Source of the DNA: an uncultured archaeon
GTDB lineage: Archaea > Micrarchaeota > Micrarchaeia > Micrarchaeales > CABMGC01
NCBI GenBank assembly: GCA_963704435.1
Contig: OY969902.1
Coordinates: 60,001-92,000, forward strand
DNA: 32,000 nucleotides
Reading direction: 5' to 3'
In this document: positions 22,165-30,839 of the stretch, one piece after another
Position numbering within the stretch: position 1 is the first letter of the stretch
Layout: each line of letters opens with the position of its first letter
The notes under the pieces: generated by a model
The model's input: only the letters and a program-made list of their open reading frames with translations
Databases searched by the model: none
What the model was told of the DNA's origin: nothing
Position numbers and translations under genes: made by a program

Positions 22165-22756
22165 CCAAGATTTCCTTCGTAATGCCCCTCCTGATTTTCA
22201 TTTCTTTTAGAAAGTATTTAAGCTTATCAACATCGAGGTAGTCCTTCAGGAAGCGGTACAGGTGCCTCGCATCCTCAAAGTCCTTATCGCTCCCCAAGTA
22301 GAGTTTGTAAGCTATCTGGAGTTCGAGGGGAGATATGTACAAATATCCTTCGTCCAAAACAACCTTTATCCTCTCTGACATGCTTACCTTTGAAAGCGGG
22401 CTGCCCATCAATTTCAATTCAAAGTTTGGGAACACTTCCTTATCCCGAATGACCCTAAGCGAGATTCCTTCATTGAGAAGGTCATACGCCTCTTTTGCAT
22501 CGGTCGCATTTAGCAGGTTGAAACCGTGCTTTTCCAATGAACGGCAGAAGGAATAGAACTCTTCCTTGGAGCGCGGATTTATGAACAGGTCTATGTCCTC
22601 GGTGGTTCTGCTGCGGCCGAACAGGATCGCCACGTACCCGCTCACTATCACATAGTCGAAATCGATCAGGCCCATAAAATCCAGCACCAGCCTATCCAGG
22701 TTGTTGAGTTCCTTGTTCTTGAGGCGGATGGTTTTGCCTTTCCTTTCAAGCTCCAT
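22145..22756 (-). CDS. nucleotidyltransferase-fold protein (MNT/minimal-NTase-like N-terminal domain plus helical C-terminal domain)
   Basis: 203 aa. SGYVAILFGRSRTTEDIDLFI fits the hG[GS]-x(9-14)-D-h-D NTase signature. Confidence 0.6.
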   Translation of the reverse strand: MELERKGKTIRLKNKELNNLDRLVLDFMGLIDFDYVIVSGYVAILFGRSRTTEDIDLFINPRSKEEFYSFCRSLEKHGFNLLNATDAKEAYDLLNEGISLRVIRDKEVFPNFELKLMGSPLSKVSMSERIKVVLDEGYLYISPLELQIAYKLYLGSDKDFEDARHLYRFLKDYLDVDKLKYFLKEMKIRRGITKEILGEDIEI

Positions 22757-22854
22757 AAGCGATCACTACACATTGGCAGAGAGCTATTAAAAGGTTTTAA
22801 TGAACGTAGTTCCGCCAGAAAAGAAGTGGGCTGCGGCGGTGTTCCAATGTCCAG

Positions 22855-22929
22855 TGCTCTGGTCGGGATTCGAACCCGAGTTACAGACTTGAGAGGCCTG
22901 TGTCCTTGACCGGACTAGACGACCAGAGC
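22855..22929 (-). tRNA. tRNA-Glu (anticodon CUC)
   Basis: 75-nt cloverleaf folded by hand. Acceptor GCUCUGG/CCAGAGC. D arm GUCU/GGAC. Anticodon stem CAGGC/GUCUG with loop C-U-CUC-A-A. T arm UCGGG-UUCGAAU-CCCGA. Discriminator A. CCA is not encoded. Confidence 0.9.
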
Positions 22930-22965
22930 TCTTAATAGATTTTCCCGCTTACATTAATATTCCCG

Positions 22966-24201
22966 ATGCATCCCTGCATCCGAGGTGCTGATTTGCGGCT
23001 GCTCGACGCGTACACTCCAAACTCCCTGGGCGGATTCATAGGCAACTCCGCGTCGCTCAATACCCTGCGCGAGTTCGGGATGAGTGTACAGGCGGGCAAC
23101 AGGCCGAAGCCCATCATGGTCTACGGGCCCTCTGGCACGGGAAAGACCTCGGCCGTGCGGGCCCTCGCATCAAGCAATGGCTTCGAGCTCGTGGAGCTCA
23201 CCTCCAGCGACTACCGCGATGCCGAGACGCTCCGGAGGAAGCTGCTGCCCGCCGTGAGCAGCAGGGGCCTCTTCAGCAGGTTCACGCTCATGCTCTTCGA
23301 CGAGATAGATGAGCTCTCGCGGCAGTTCGACAAGGGCGCCGAGTCTGCTGTGCTCCAGATAATCAAGGAATCGAAGCAGCCAATAATATTCACTGCGAAC
23401 GACTATTGGGACCAGCGCATAACGTTCCTTAGGACCCATGTCGACAGGATAGAGTTCAAGAAGGTGGGCTCGTCGCTCGTGCTCGGCCTGCTCAAGAGGA
23501 TCGTCGCCGGCGAGAGGGCCGAGGTGCCTGAGGATGTGCTGAAGGAGCTCGCGAACCGGAGCGATGGAGACGTGCGCGGCGCGATCAACGACCTCGAGAT
23601 GGTGATGGGCGGAGGCCCCTCCGCGCTAGAGTCGCTGGGGATAAGGAACAGGAAGCTCGAGATATTCAGGGTGCTCGACAGGATCTTCACGTCGAAGAAC
23701 TTCTCGGCCGCGAAGCTCGCGGTGGACACCGGCGACGTCAGCCTAGACATGCTCATAAACTGGGTCGAGGAGAACATACCTACGCGCTACACCTCCAAGC
23801 AGGCGGTGGACAGGGCATACTCGGAGCTTGCGATCGCGAGCCGGTTCCTCGGCAAGGCGGAGCGCGTCCGCTACTACGGCTACCTGAAGTACGCGTCCGT
23901 GGGAATGTCCTCGGGCGTCGCGCTGTCCAGCGCGGGCAACATAAGGTTCCTGATGCCGTACGCGTTCCCCGCGAAGATCAAGTATTTCAGCGTCACAAAG
24001 GAGAAGAGGAACCTGCAGGGCAAGATGGCGGCCAGGCTCTCGCCGTTCCTGCACACGAACAAGCGGGAGATAATAAGCTCCTACCTGCCCCTGTTCAGGC
24101 AGATCATGGAGAAGGGGGGCGAAGCGGGCAAGGAGACCGTCACTTCGGTGCTCGAGTCGCTGGAGTTCGAGAAGGAGGAGATTGCGCACATCAAGGGCTG
24201 A
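22966..24201 (+). CDS. rfcL: replication factor C large subunit (AAA+ clamp loader)
   Basis: 411 aa. N-terminal DAYTPNSLGGFIGN (compare EKYRP.tLd.vvGq). Walker A VYGPSGTGKTS. Walker B MLFDEIDEL. SRC-like region FTAND, sensor-2 region SDGDVRGAINDLE. Confidence 0.75.
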   Translation: MHPCIRGADLRLLDAYTPNSLGGFIGNSASLNTLREFGMSVQAGNRPKPIMVYGPSGTGKTSAVRALASSNGFELVELTSSDYRDAETLRRKLLPAVSSRGLFSRFTLMLFDEIDELSRQFDKGAESAVLQIIKESKQPIIFTANDYWDQRITFLRTHVDRIEFKKVGSSLVLGLLKRIVAGERAEVPEDVLKELANRSDGDVRGAINDLEMVMGGGPSALESLGIRNRKLEIFRVLDRIFTSKNFSAAKLAVDTGDVSLDMLINWVEENIPTRYTSKQAVDRAYSELAIASRFLGKAERVRYYGYLKYASVGMSSGVALSSAGNIRFLMPYAFPAKIKYFSVTKEKRNLQGKMAARLSPFLHTNKREIISSYLPLFRQIMEKGGEAGKETVTSVLESLEFEKEEIAHIKG

Positions 24202-24207
24202 AGATGC

Positions 24208-24861
24208 ATGATAAAAAATGTCATTTTTGATTGGTCGGGAACGCTAAGCGACGATATAGTTCCTGCTTACGCAGCAACAATGGGCGTATTTAGGAAATTG
24301 GGCCTGAAGACCTTGACTTTCGAGGAATACAAAAAGGAAGTCGTACTTCCTTATATGAAATTCTATCACAAATTCAGGGAAGGCATAGATAAAGAAGAAG
24401 TCGATAAATTATTCTATGATGAGATAAATCCGACCAACAAATCAAAGCCCTTCCCCGAAGCCAAAGAACTTTTGGAATTTTTGGAAAAGGAAAACGTCAA
24501 AGTTGCTTTGCTGAGCGCACACCCTCAGAAGAAATTGATCAGGGAGATACGCGATTATGGATTCAAGAGATTCTTTGTCGACGTCAATGGGAGTGTGCAC
24601 GACAAAGTCGAAGTGATTTCGGGAATCATGAATAAGAATGGCTTTGCTCCGACCGAAACTGCGTATGTTGGAGATATGGTTCACGATATTGAAGCAGGCA
24701 AAAAAGCCAAAGTAACGACCATCGCAGTTTCATGGGGTTATCATCCGAGAGAAAGACTGTTGAAAGAACGTCCCGATTTTCTCATAGAAAACCTTGTCGA
24801 CCTGAAACGACTTATTCTAAGGCTCAATAAAAAGCCGCCGAAATCATCCGATAGGGTCTAG
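24208..24861 (+). CDS. HAD-superfamily hydrolase (subfamily IA-like)
   Basis: 217 aa. Motif I reads FDWSGTLSDD, with the second Asp replaced by Ser (a phosphonatase-like DW.GT variant). Motif II LLSAH. Motif III/IV K...YVGDMVHDIEAG. Strongly AT-rich (a counted line is 30% GC). Confidence 0.8.
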   Translation: MIKNVIFDWSGTLSDDIVPAYAATMGVFRKLGLKTLTFEEYKKEVVLPYMKFYHKFREGIDKEEVDKLFYDEINPTNKSKPFPEAKELLEFLEKENVKVALLSAHPQKKLIREIRDYGFKRFFVDVNGSVHDKVEVISGIMNKNGFAPTETAYVGDMVHDIEAGKKAKVTTIAVSWGYHPRERLLKERPDFLIENLVDLKRLILRLNKKPPKSSDRV

Positions 24862-26481
24862 CTCAATCTCCATCGCGAGCACAGGCTCCTCGATACCGAA
24901 CTCCACGGTGACCCTAGGGTGCACCTCCCCAAAGATGCCTATCCTTCTGCCGTCGAGCATGGCCTGCGCGCACCTGCCCTCTATGAAGCTCTCATGGGCC
25001 GCCGCCTTTACCTTTATGTCGATGCCGAGCACCCTCCCCAGCGCCTCGACGTCCGCCTTCATGTCGTTGAAGTTCGCCTTCGCCCCGCACGACACCGCGG
25101 CGAGCCTGTATCCCTCAACGGGCTTGCCGCCGCTCAGCTCGAACGCCATGTCGAGCTCGAAGAGCCTCTGCGGCATCCTGTCGTGCGCCGACTTGCCCAG
25201 GCACTCGAGCAGCGACGGTATGAGCCACGTCCTCATCATGGTCGCCACCTCCGTCTTGGGATTCGACAGCTTTATGGCGTCCATGTCCTTTATTCCCATC
25301 ATCCCGAAGTTCTTCCTCTCGTTCGTAAGGTATGAGTTGAGCATCTCGCAGTATCCCAGGCCCAGCGCCGCCTCCCTGATCCTCGCGTGCGACACGCTCT
25401 TCGCCTCGGGCGCCCCAGGCGTTGCCGATTCGAGCTGCACCGGCCGTATGTAGTCATATCCGTACGCTATCGCGACGTCCTCCACGATGTCCTGCTCGTT
25501 TATGTAGTCGAGCCGGTACGCTGGCACCCTGAAGCGCACGCTCCTGCCCACCAGGCTCGCCTCGTAGCCCATCTTGTTCCCGAGGAGTATCACGTTGTTG
25601 AAGCCTATCTTTACGCCTATCTCCCTCTCCAGCAGCTCCAGCGGGACGCTGACGGTCGGGCTCTCCATGCCAGGCGTGATTGCCGACTCCGCGCCGTACC
25701 TTATCTTTACCTGGTACACGTCGCATCCCATGTCTATGAAGTTAGATGCGAGCAGGTCCGCCACCCTCTCTATCACCTGCCGGGTCGGCCCCGTGATGTC
25801 GACCAGCATGCTGGTCGTCGAAGTCGTGACCCTGGTCCTCTCCGAGTTTATTATCGGGATGAGCGCCATCGTGCCCGCCGAGTCCTTCAGCGCGGCGTAC
25901 TTTCTCTTGGTCTCGCCGAGGAGGGCCCCGTACTTCACGCCCTTCTCCTCCTTCTTCAGCACCTCGCTGTACCTCATGCCCGTCCTGTGCCCTAGCGGCA
26001 CGAACTCCTCGTCGTCGTAAGCGTCGTAGTAGAGCGGAGGCTTGACCTCCCTGAGGTCATGCAGGCCTATCGCTATCCTCTTCCTGCGCCTGCCGTAGTT
26101 CTCGCTTATCTTCTCTGTGAAGCCTATCAGGTCGAGCAGGTCCTCCTCCCCCATCTTCGCGTTCTCGACCACTATCGCTGCTATGAAGGGCCTTATCTTG
26201 GAGACGCTGCTGCCGACGCCTATCGCGAAGCCCTCCTTCTCGCCCTTCGCGGAGTAGTCGAATTCCCGGCTCCTCCGCATGAAGTACCTCAGCGCCCTCG
26301 CCAGCCCGACCGCGCTTATCATGTCCGGCCTGTTCGCCTTGAACTCTATGTCCCACTCCTTACCGCTCTCCCTCTTTATCACCAGGCCCAGGTTCTCTAT
26401 GTTCCTGACCAGCTCCTTCTCGGATATCTTCGACCCTAGCGCGCGCATCAGGTGCTTTTTGTTGTAGGTCGAAACTGGCAT
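24844..26481 (-). CDS. pheT: phenylalanine--tRNA ligase beta subunit (archaeal type)
   Basis: 545 aa. The archaeal PheT N-terminus contains the NRPDMISAVGLARAL motif. B3/4 and B5 regions and a C-terminal class-II-like fold. Directly downstream of pheS. Confidence 0.92.
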   Translation of the reverse strand: MPVSTYNKKHLMRALGSKISEKELVRNIENLGLVIKRESGKEWDIEFKANRPDMISAVGLARALRYFMRRSREFDYSAKGEKEGFAIGVGSSVSKIRPFIAAIVVENAKMGEEDLLDLIGFTEKISENYGRRRKRIAIGLHDLREVKPPLYYDAYDDEEFVPLGHRTGMRYSEVLKKEEKGVKYGALLGETKRKYAALKDSAGTMALIPIINSERTRVTTSTTSMLVDITGPTRQVIERVADLLASNFIDMGCDVYQVKIRYGAESAITPGMESPTVSVPLELLEREIGVKIGFNNVILLGNKMGYEASLVGRSVRFRVPAYRLDYINEQDIVEDVAIAYGYDYIRPVQLESATPGAPEAKSVSHARIREAALGLGYCEMLNSYLTNERKNFGMMGIKDMDAIKLSNPKTEVATMMRTWLIPSLLECLGKSAHDRMPQRLFELDMAFELSGGKPVEGYRLAAVSCGAKANFNDMKADVEALGRVLGIDIKVKAAAHESFIEGRCAQAMLDGRRIGIFGEVHPRVTVEFGIEEPVLAMEIELDPIG

Positions 26482-26485
26482 GGGC

Positions 26486-27964
26486 TTACCTCACTGTCAT
26501 TTCCCTCAGCCAGCCCGCGCTGGCATTGTAGAGGCTGGCGATGCTGCTGATCTTCCTGTCGCGTATGAGGAGCAGCCTCTCGACTCCCGTGCCCCAGGCG
26601 AGCACGCTTATCTTCTTGCGCGATATCCCGGTGACCTCCCTCCTCAGTATCCCGGCGCCCGCGAGCTCAAGCCACGTGCCGTTCTGCTCGGTCTGCACGC
26701 TCACGCCGGGCTCCACGAACGGGTAGTAGGACGGCCTGAACCTTATCTTCTCGATGCCGACCCCCTTGAACAGTTTTATCATCACGTCGAACAGGTTCGC
26801 GAGCGTGAGGTTCTCGCCTATGATTATGCCGTCGGACTGGTAGAAGTCGGCGAGGTGCTTGTAGTCTATGTTCTCGTTCCTGAGGTTCCTGCCTATCGTG
26901 AACATCTTTATCGGAAGCTCCTGGCCCTTCAGCCCCTTCTCGATCGCGCCGAGCATCTGGTGCACGTACCTTCCAGTGACGCTGGTCGTGTGCGTCCTTG
27001 GCATCGCCTGCATCGCGAACTCCTCCTCCCAGTTCGCGTGCCACGCCCTCTCGTGCTCTCCCTTTATCCTCATCACGACCTTCCTGTCCCCTATGTCGAG
27101 CTCCTTGGGCTCGGACACGAAGAACGTGTCCTGCTCGTCCCTGGCGGGGTGGTCCTGCGGCATGAACAGGTAGTCGAAGACCCAGAACGACGGCTGTATT
27201 ATCGGGCCGGAGACCTCGGCGAATCCCATGCGAAGGTAGGCGTCCCTGAGGTCGTCTATCGTCCGCCTAAGCGGGTGGCGTATCGCTACCTCCCTTGGCT
27301 CCACGGGCGCGTCCACGTTGTAGGGCCTGAACTTCCTGTCGGTCCACAGCCTTCCCTTTATGACGCTCCTGTCCACGGCCTCGATGAGGTCCCGCTCCTC
27401 GCGCACCTCTCCGGCCGCGCGCACGCCCTTTGCGGTTATCCGCACCTCGCTTATGCTCTCCCTGCTGCGCGACTCCAGCAAGCCCCTCTTCCTGAACTCC
27501 GCGACCGCGGCGGTGTCCTTGTATCTCGCGTATGCGCCGCCGTCTGACTGCAGGGCCTTGAGTATTCGCTCCTCTTCCATGTCTCCCTCCGCAGCGCGCT
27601 TTCCTGCCGGAGCGAGCTGCACGGACCCCTTGTCTATCCCGACGAGGCCCTTCTTCTTCGCCCACATGAGGCCTATCTGGTCTGTCCGGTCCGAGAGGTC
27701 GCGTATGTTGGCAGGGCCCTTCGCCAGCCTCTTGAGGAGCGCCTTCTCCGGGAGCCCGCTCTCCGCGTATTTCACGCCCTCCTTCGTAAGCGCGGCCTCC
27801 TCCACTGCCTCCCTCTTCACGGTGGCCATACCGCCTGCGACGAGGTTCTGTATGGCCCACATCGTCTCGTCCTTGCCGAACCCTGCGGCCTTCATCAGCT
27901 CCTCCAAACCGAGCCCGTTCCTTCCCTTAAGGGCTTTCAGCACGGCTATTTCATATTTGTGCAA
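26486..27964 (-). CDS. pheS: phenylalanine--tRNA ligase alpha subunit (archaeal type)
   Basis: 492 aa. N-terminal wHTH repeats, then a class II catalytic core with HPARDEQDTFF, RTHTTS, FRPSYYPFVEPG and GAGILRREV...AWGTGVERL (motifs 1-3). Confidence 0.92.
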   Translation of the reverse strand: MHKYEIAVLKALKGRNGLGLEELMKAAGFGKDETMWAIQNLVAGGMATVKREAVEEAALTKEGVKYAESGLPEKALLKRLAKGPANIRDLSDRTDQIGLMWAKKKGLVGIDKGSVQLAPAGKRAAEGDMEEERILKALQSDGGAYARYKDTAAVAEFRKRGLLESRSRESISEVRITAKGVRAAGEVREERDLIEAVDRSVIKGRLWTDRKFRPYNVDAPVEPREVAIRHPLRRTIDDLRDAYLRMGFAEVSGPIIQPSFWVFDYLFMPQDHPARDEQDTFFVSEPKELDIGDRKVVMRIKGEHERAWHANWEEEFAMQAMPRTHTTSVTGRYVHQMLGAIEKGLKGQELPIKMFTIGRNLRNENIDYKHLADFYQSDGIIIGENLTLANLFDVMIKLFKGVGIEKIRFRPSYYPFVEPGVSVQTEQNGTWLELAGAGILRREVTGISRKKISVLAWGTGVERLLLIRDRKISSIASLYNASAGWLREMTVR

Positions 27965-27977
27965 ACGTATCCACCGC

Positions 27978-28745
27978 TTACCTGAACGTCTTCGCGTAGA
28001 CGTATGCCACTATGGCCACTATCGCGACCGCGACGAGCGCGTAGATCGCGTCGGTGTAGCTCTCGTACAGGCCGCTGAAGTACCTCAGCACCTCCTGCTG
28101 CGGAGTCTCGGTCGTGACGTACACGAGCGTGAACTTCTGGAGCGGCTCTCCCGAGTTCCAGGAGAACGTCGTGCTGTTCGCGTAGCCTCCGAGCGCGTTC
28201 GGCAGGGGCGAATCAGGCGCAGGGTAGACGGACACCAGACTGGCTCCGCTGGGTATGATTATCTTGAGCGCCGAGTCGGAGAACAGTGACTCGCCGCTCG
28301 CGGTGTGCATGAAGCTGAAAACCGTGTTGTTGAACGCGTAGTCGAACTTCCTGGGCGCGACGTCCGTCACGGTAGTGACGTTGGAAGCGTAATAGCTCAT
28401 CGTCAGCGTCGCATATCCGCCTCCCGAAGATGTCAGCGGCCCGGGGAGGTAGGTGAAGTTCGATATGCTTCCCCTCGGGTTGTATATGTGCTCGGAGAAG
28501 AGGCTGGAGCCGACGGCCTGCTGCCATCCGTTGAGCGTGAGGTTGACTGCCTGCCTGTCCTGGTTGTATGTTGCGATCGAGGAGTTGCTGACGTACAGCG
28601 TTATCGTCTCCACGATGTGCGCCGTTGTCGAGTTGCTGAGCGATACGGTGGTGGAGAGGTAGGTGGCGTTGAAGTACGCGCTCACCCCGTACTGCAATAT
28701 GAATGTTGCCATAAGGAAGGCTGCAATAGACAGGGATTTGCGCAT
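27978..28745 (-). CDS. secreted, C-terminally anchored glycoprotein-like protein (hypothetical)
   Basis: 255 aa. Signal peptide (SIAAFLMATFILQYGVSA), many N-x-S/T sequons, C-terminal TM helix (IYALVAVAIVAIVAYVYA). Lies 13 bp downstream of pheS. Confidence 0.6.
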   Translation of the reverse strand: MRKSLSIAAFLMATFILQYGVSAYFNATYLSTTVSLSNSTTAHIVETITLYVSNSSIATYNQDRQAVNLTLNGWQQAVGSSLFSEHIYNPRGSISNFTYLPGPLTSSGGGYATLTMSYYASNVTTVTDVAPRKFDYAFNNTVFSFMHTASGESLFSDSALKIIIPSGASLVSVYPAPDSPLPNALGGYANSTTFSWNSGEPLQKFTLVYVTTETPQQEVLRYFSGLYESYTDAIYALVAVAIVAIVAYVYAKTFR

Positions 28746-28778
28746 GCGATTCCCGGATAGAGTATAAAAGCCAAAGTA

Positions 28779-28806
28779 TTAAAATCCGAACACCACGCTT
28801 CGGATT
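28779..28806 (-). terminator. hairpin plus T-run after the amidotransferase gene
   Basis: aatccgaa-caccacgc-ttcggatt, an 8-bp perfect stem (28783-28806) overlapping the stop codon. On the minus strand it is followed by UUUUAAUACUUU. Confidence 0.4.
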
Positions 28807-29482
28807 ATCTGCTCATGTCGATGAAATTGGACATTACCCGCAGGGGCAGCCGGTACCCGCTGTCAATGCCTCCCAGCAGGTTCCTGGCGTCTTCGCGGTC
28901 GTCCTCGGCGATTATCTTCGCGAGCCTGTAGAGGATCTCCGGGTGGAACTGGACGCAGCAGAATCTCCTGAGCGCGAAGGCCTCGATGCATGACGCGCTC
29001 TCGGCCAGCACGACCGAGCCCTTCGGCAGCGATGCCGCGCTGTCCCTGTGGTTCTCATATGCCTCGAACGTACGAGGCATTCCCTTGAACAGGGGGTGTT
29101 TTGCGCCCGCATTCGTCAGGCGGATGTCGGTGAATCCCTTGACGCGATTCTCGCCTACCCTCACCCTGCCTCCCATGGCCTGCGCCACCACCTGGAGGCC
29201 GAAGCATATCCCAAGGACAGGCAGTCCCGCTTCATCAGCCGAGCGCGGGAACGCGAGCAGCTTCCCTACCCACTCCCAACCCGAGCTTACGAAAGACGGA
29301 GAACCTGTGATTACCGCGAAGTCGGAGGATCTTAGCTCGGCCGCAGAGGGCATGCAGCCTGCGTACGCGCTCTTCATCGCGATGTCGCTGACGCCCATGC
29401 TCGCAAGATGCCTTGATATCGCAAATCCGTCGTTCGTGCCCCTGTCCCTGTCCGAATCGCAGTTGAGTACCAGCGCCCTCAT
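28805..29482 (-). CDS. class I glutamine amidotransferase domain protein
   Basis: ORF track 28805-29680; I prefer the ATG at 29482 (MRALVLNCDSD...), because the upstream 66 codons look like non-coding read-through. Nucleophile elbow LPVLGICFGLQVVA. C-terminal VQFHPE (His-Glu of the triad). Confidence 0.75.
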   Translation of the reverse strand: MRALVLNCDSDRDRGTNDGFAISRHLASMGVSDIAMKSAYAGCMPSAAELRSSDFAVITGSPSFVSSGWEWVGKLLAFPRSADEAGLPVLGICFGLQVVAQAMGGRVRVGENRVKGFTDIRLTNAGAKHPLFKGMPRTFEAYENHRDSAASLPKGSVVLAESASCIEAFALRRFCCVQFHPEILYRLAKIIAEDDREDARNLLGGIDSGYRLPLRVMSNFIDMSR

Positions 29483-29594
29483 ACTACGTTCTTTGACGCT
29501 GCAGATAAATAACCTGCGCACGCAGGTGGCAAGAACACTGCGAATCAATAAATAGCAGAGGGCGCATAATAAAGCAGGAGCCCGAGACGATACG

Positions 29595-30128
29595 ATGCAA
29601 ACTAGAGCTATGCCGCGCGTCAGGGCGACGGCCGCGGAACTGATGGAAAGACCTGAAATACGGGAGAAGTTCGATGGCAACCTTAAACTATTGCAGAATA
29701 AATTGGGCCGTCATACGAGTCACGTGCACTGGTTTGATTACCGCGTCCGATTCGGGAAAGAGCATGTATGCAGGAGCTTCAGAACATGTTTTGGCGAAGA
29801 TGTTGTGTTTGGCTCTTGCACAGCAGTAGGCCCCTATGCTACCATAGCCAAGAATACTGAGATAAAGATGGGGGCCGTGATCGGCGGTTACGTTAAAATA
29901 GGTTCTGATGTAACCATAGGCCCCTATTCTTTCATAAGCCACGATGTGACAATCGGAAATGGATCTGTCATCGGAACCCGGGTATTTATTGACTCACGCG
30001 TTGGAATAGGTCGCCACATCAAAATCGGGGATGGTGCTTCGATAGGTCTTCTGGACAATAGCGTGGACAGGGATATTGGAGAGATGGAAAGATATCCTCC
30101 TTGCAGGCATCTGCTGCGCAAAATCTGA
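29595..30128 (+). CDS. hexapeptide-repeat (left-handed beta-helix) protein, paralogue 1
   Basis: 177 aa. At least 10 consecutive [LIV]-G-x4 hexads (VIGGYVKIGSDVTIGPYSFISHDVTIGNGSVIGTRVFIDSRVGIGRHIKIGDGASIG). The ~55-aa N-terminal extension is shared with 30232-30762. Confidence 0.65.
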   Translation: MQTRAMPRVRATAAELMERPEIREKFDGNLKLLQNKLGRHTSHVHWFDYRVRFGKEHVCRSFRTCFGEDVVFGSCTAVGPYATIAKNTEIKMGAVIGGYVKIGSDVTIGPYSFISHDVTIGNGSVIGTRVFIDSRVGIGRHIKIGDGASIGLLDNSVDRDIGEMERYPPCRHLLRKI

Positions 30129-30231
30129 AGCGCCTCAAATAAATGCTGTCTGCATCCCCTGCGCAAGTGGCAAGATTGCTGCAAATAGATAAATACGGGG
30201 CGGATAATATCAAAAGCACTGGGACGATGCG

Positions 30232-30762
30232 ATGGCAACGAAAACAAATCAAAACACCAGAGCTCTGGCTAACGTTCTGATTGAAAGGGCCGAGCTGTGG
30301 CATATGTTCAAGGGGAATCAGGAAATATTTATCGCGGAATTGGGAACTACTGGAAAAATGAAGCGGTTTGAGGATTCTGTCCATTACGACAAGCCATGCG
30401 AGCACGAAGGCAGCATCAACATCGGAAAGGGTACGGAGATCGGCGCGCGTGTGGCGATAGGCTCGAACGTTTCCATAGGCAAAAACGTGCGTATCGGAGA
30501 AGGTGCGGTGATTTGCGATGGCGTGACAATAGGCAGCGGGGCGACGATCGGCGCAGCCGCATTCCTAGGATATTCTTCGATAGCCAATAAGGATTCCTCC
30601 ATTGGCGCACTCGTCAGATTCGGGCGTTTTGCGGTATTATACGAAGGCTGCCGCGTGGGGGACGGCGCTCAGATAGGTTATCATGCGCTAGTGCGCGAGG
30701 ATGTGGCCTCGCTGGGATGGATTCCTAATAATCATGATTTGCAGCGCAAAACTGAGATCTAA
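30232..30762 (+). CDS. hexapeptide-repeat (left-handed beta-helix) protein, paralogue 2
   Basis: 176 aa. IGARVAIGSNVSIGKNVRIGEGAVICDGVTIGSGATIGAAAFLG has strict 6-residue periodicity. N-terminal VLIERAELWHMFKGN parallels ELMERPEIREKFDGN of paralogue 1. Confidence 0.7.
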   Translation: MATKTNQNTRALANVLIERAELWHMFKGNQEIFIAELGTTGKMKRFEDSVHYDKPCEHEGSINIGKGTEIGARVAIGSNVSIGKNVRIGEGAVICDGVTIGSGATIGAAAFLGYSSIANKDSSIGALVRFGRFAVLYEGCRVGDGAQIGYHALVREDVASLGWIPNNHDLQRKTEI

Positions 30763-30839
30763 AGTGCCATTTATTCTGGCAACATTTAAATCTTCCAAAA
30801 ATTAAGGAGCATCTGTGATTCTTGGTTCTGGGTGAAGAA

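Larger units (their letters stand above)
21893..22854 (-). mobile_element. about 0.96-kb AT-rich islet downstream of tRNA-Glu carrying a nucleotidyltransferase gene pair; no integrase
   Basis: Bounded by the tRNA 3' end and its 11-nt direct repeat. A counted 60-nt line inside (22381-22440) is 43% GC, versus about 67% in backbone lines. Confidence 0.45.

Noticed and set aside
24555-24563. Reverse-strand aatccataa resembling the promoter-proximal 13-mer
   Set aside because: Only 9 nt match, it is inside the HAD coding sequence (DYGF codons), and there is no adjacent TATA box. Likely chance.
26480-28289. Plus-strand ORFs 26480-27547 (355 aa) and 27360-28289 (309 aa)
   Set aside because: Antisense to pheS and the downstream glycoprotein gene, with low-complexity R/P/L/S-rich translation.
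29483-29680. 66-codon N-terminal extension of the amidotransferase ORF, overlapping the start of the 29595 gene
   Set aside because: The extension is hydrophobic and Cys/Arg-rich with no GATase similarity. The internal ATG at 29482 begins the conserved domain (MRALVLN...) and leaves a sensible divergent promoter gap.
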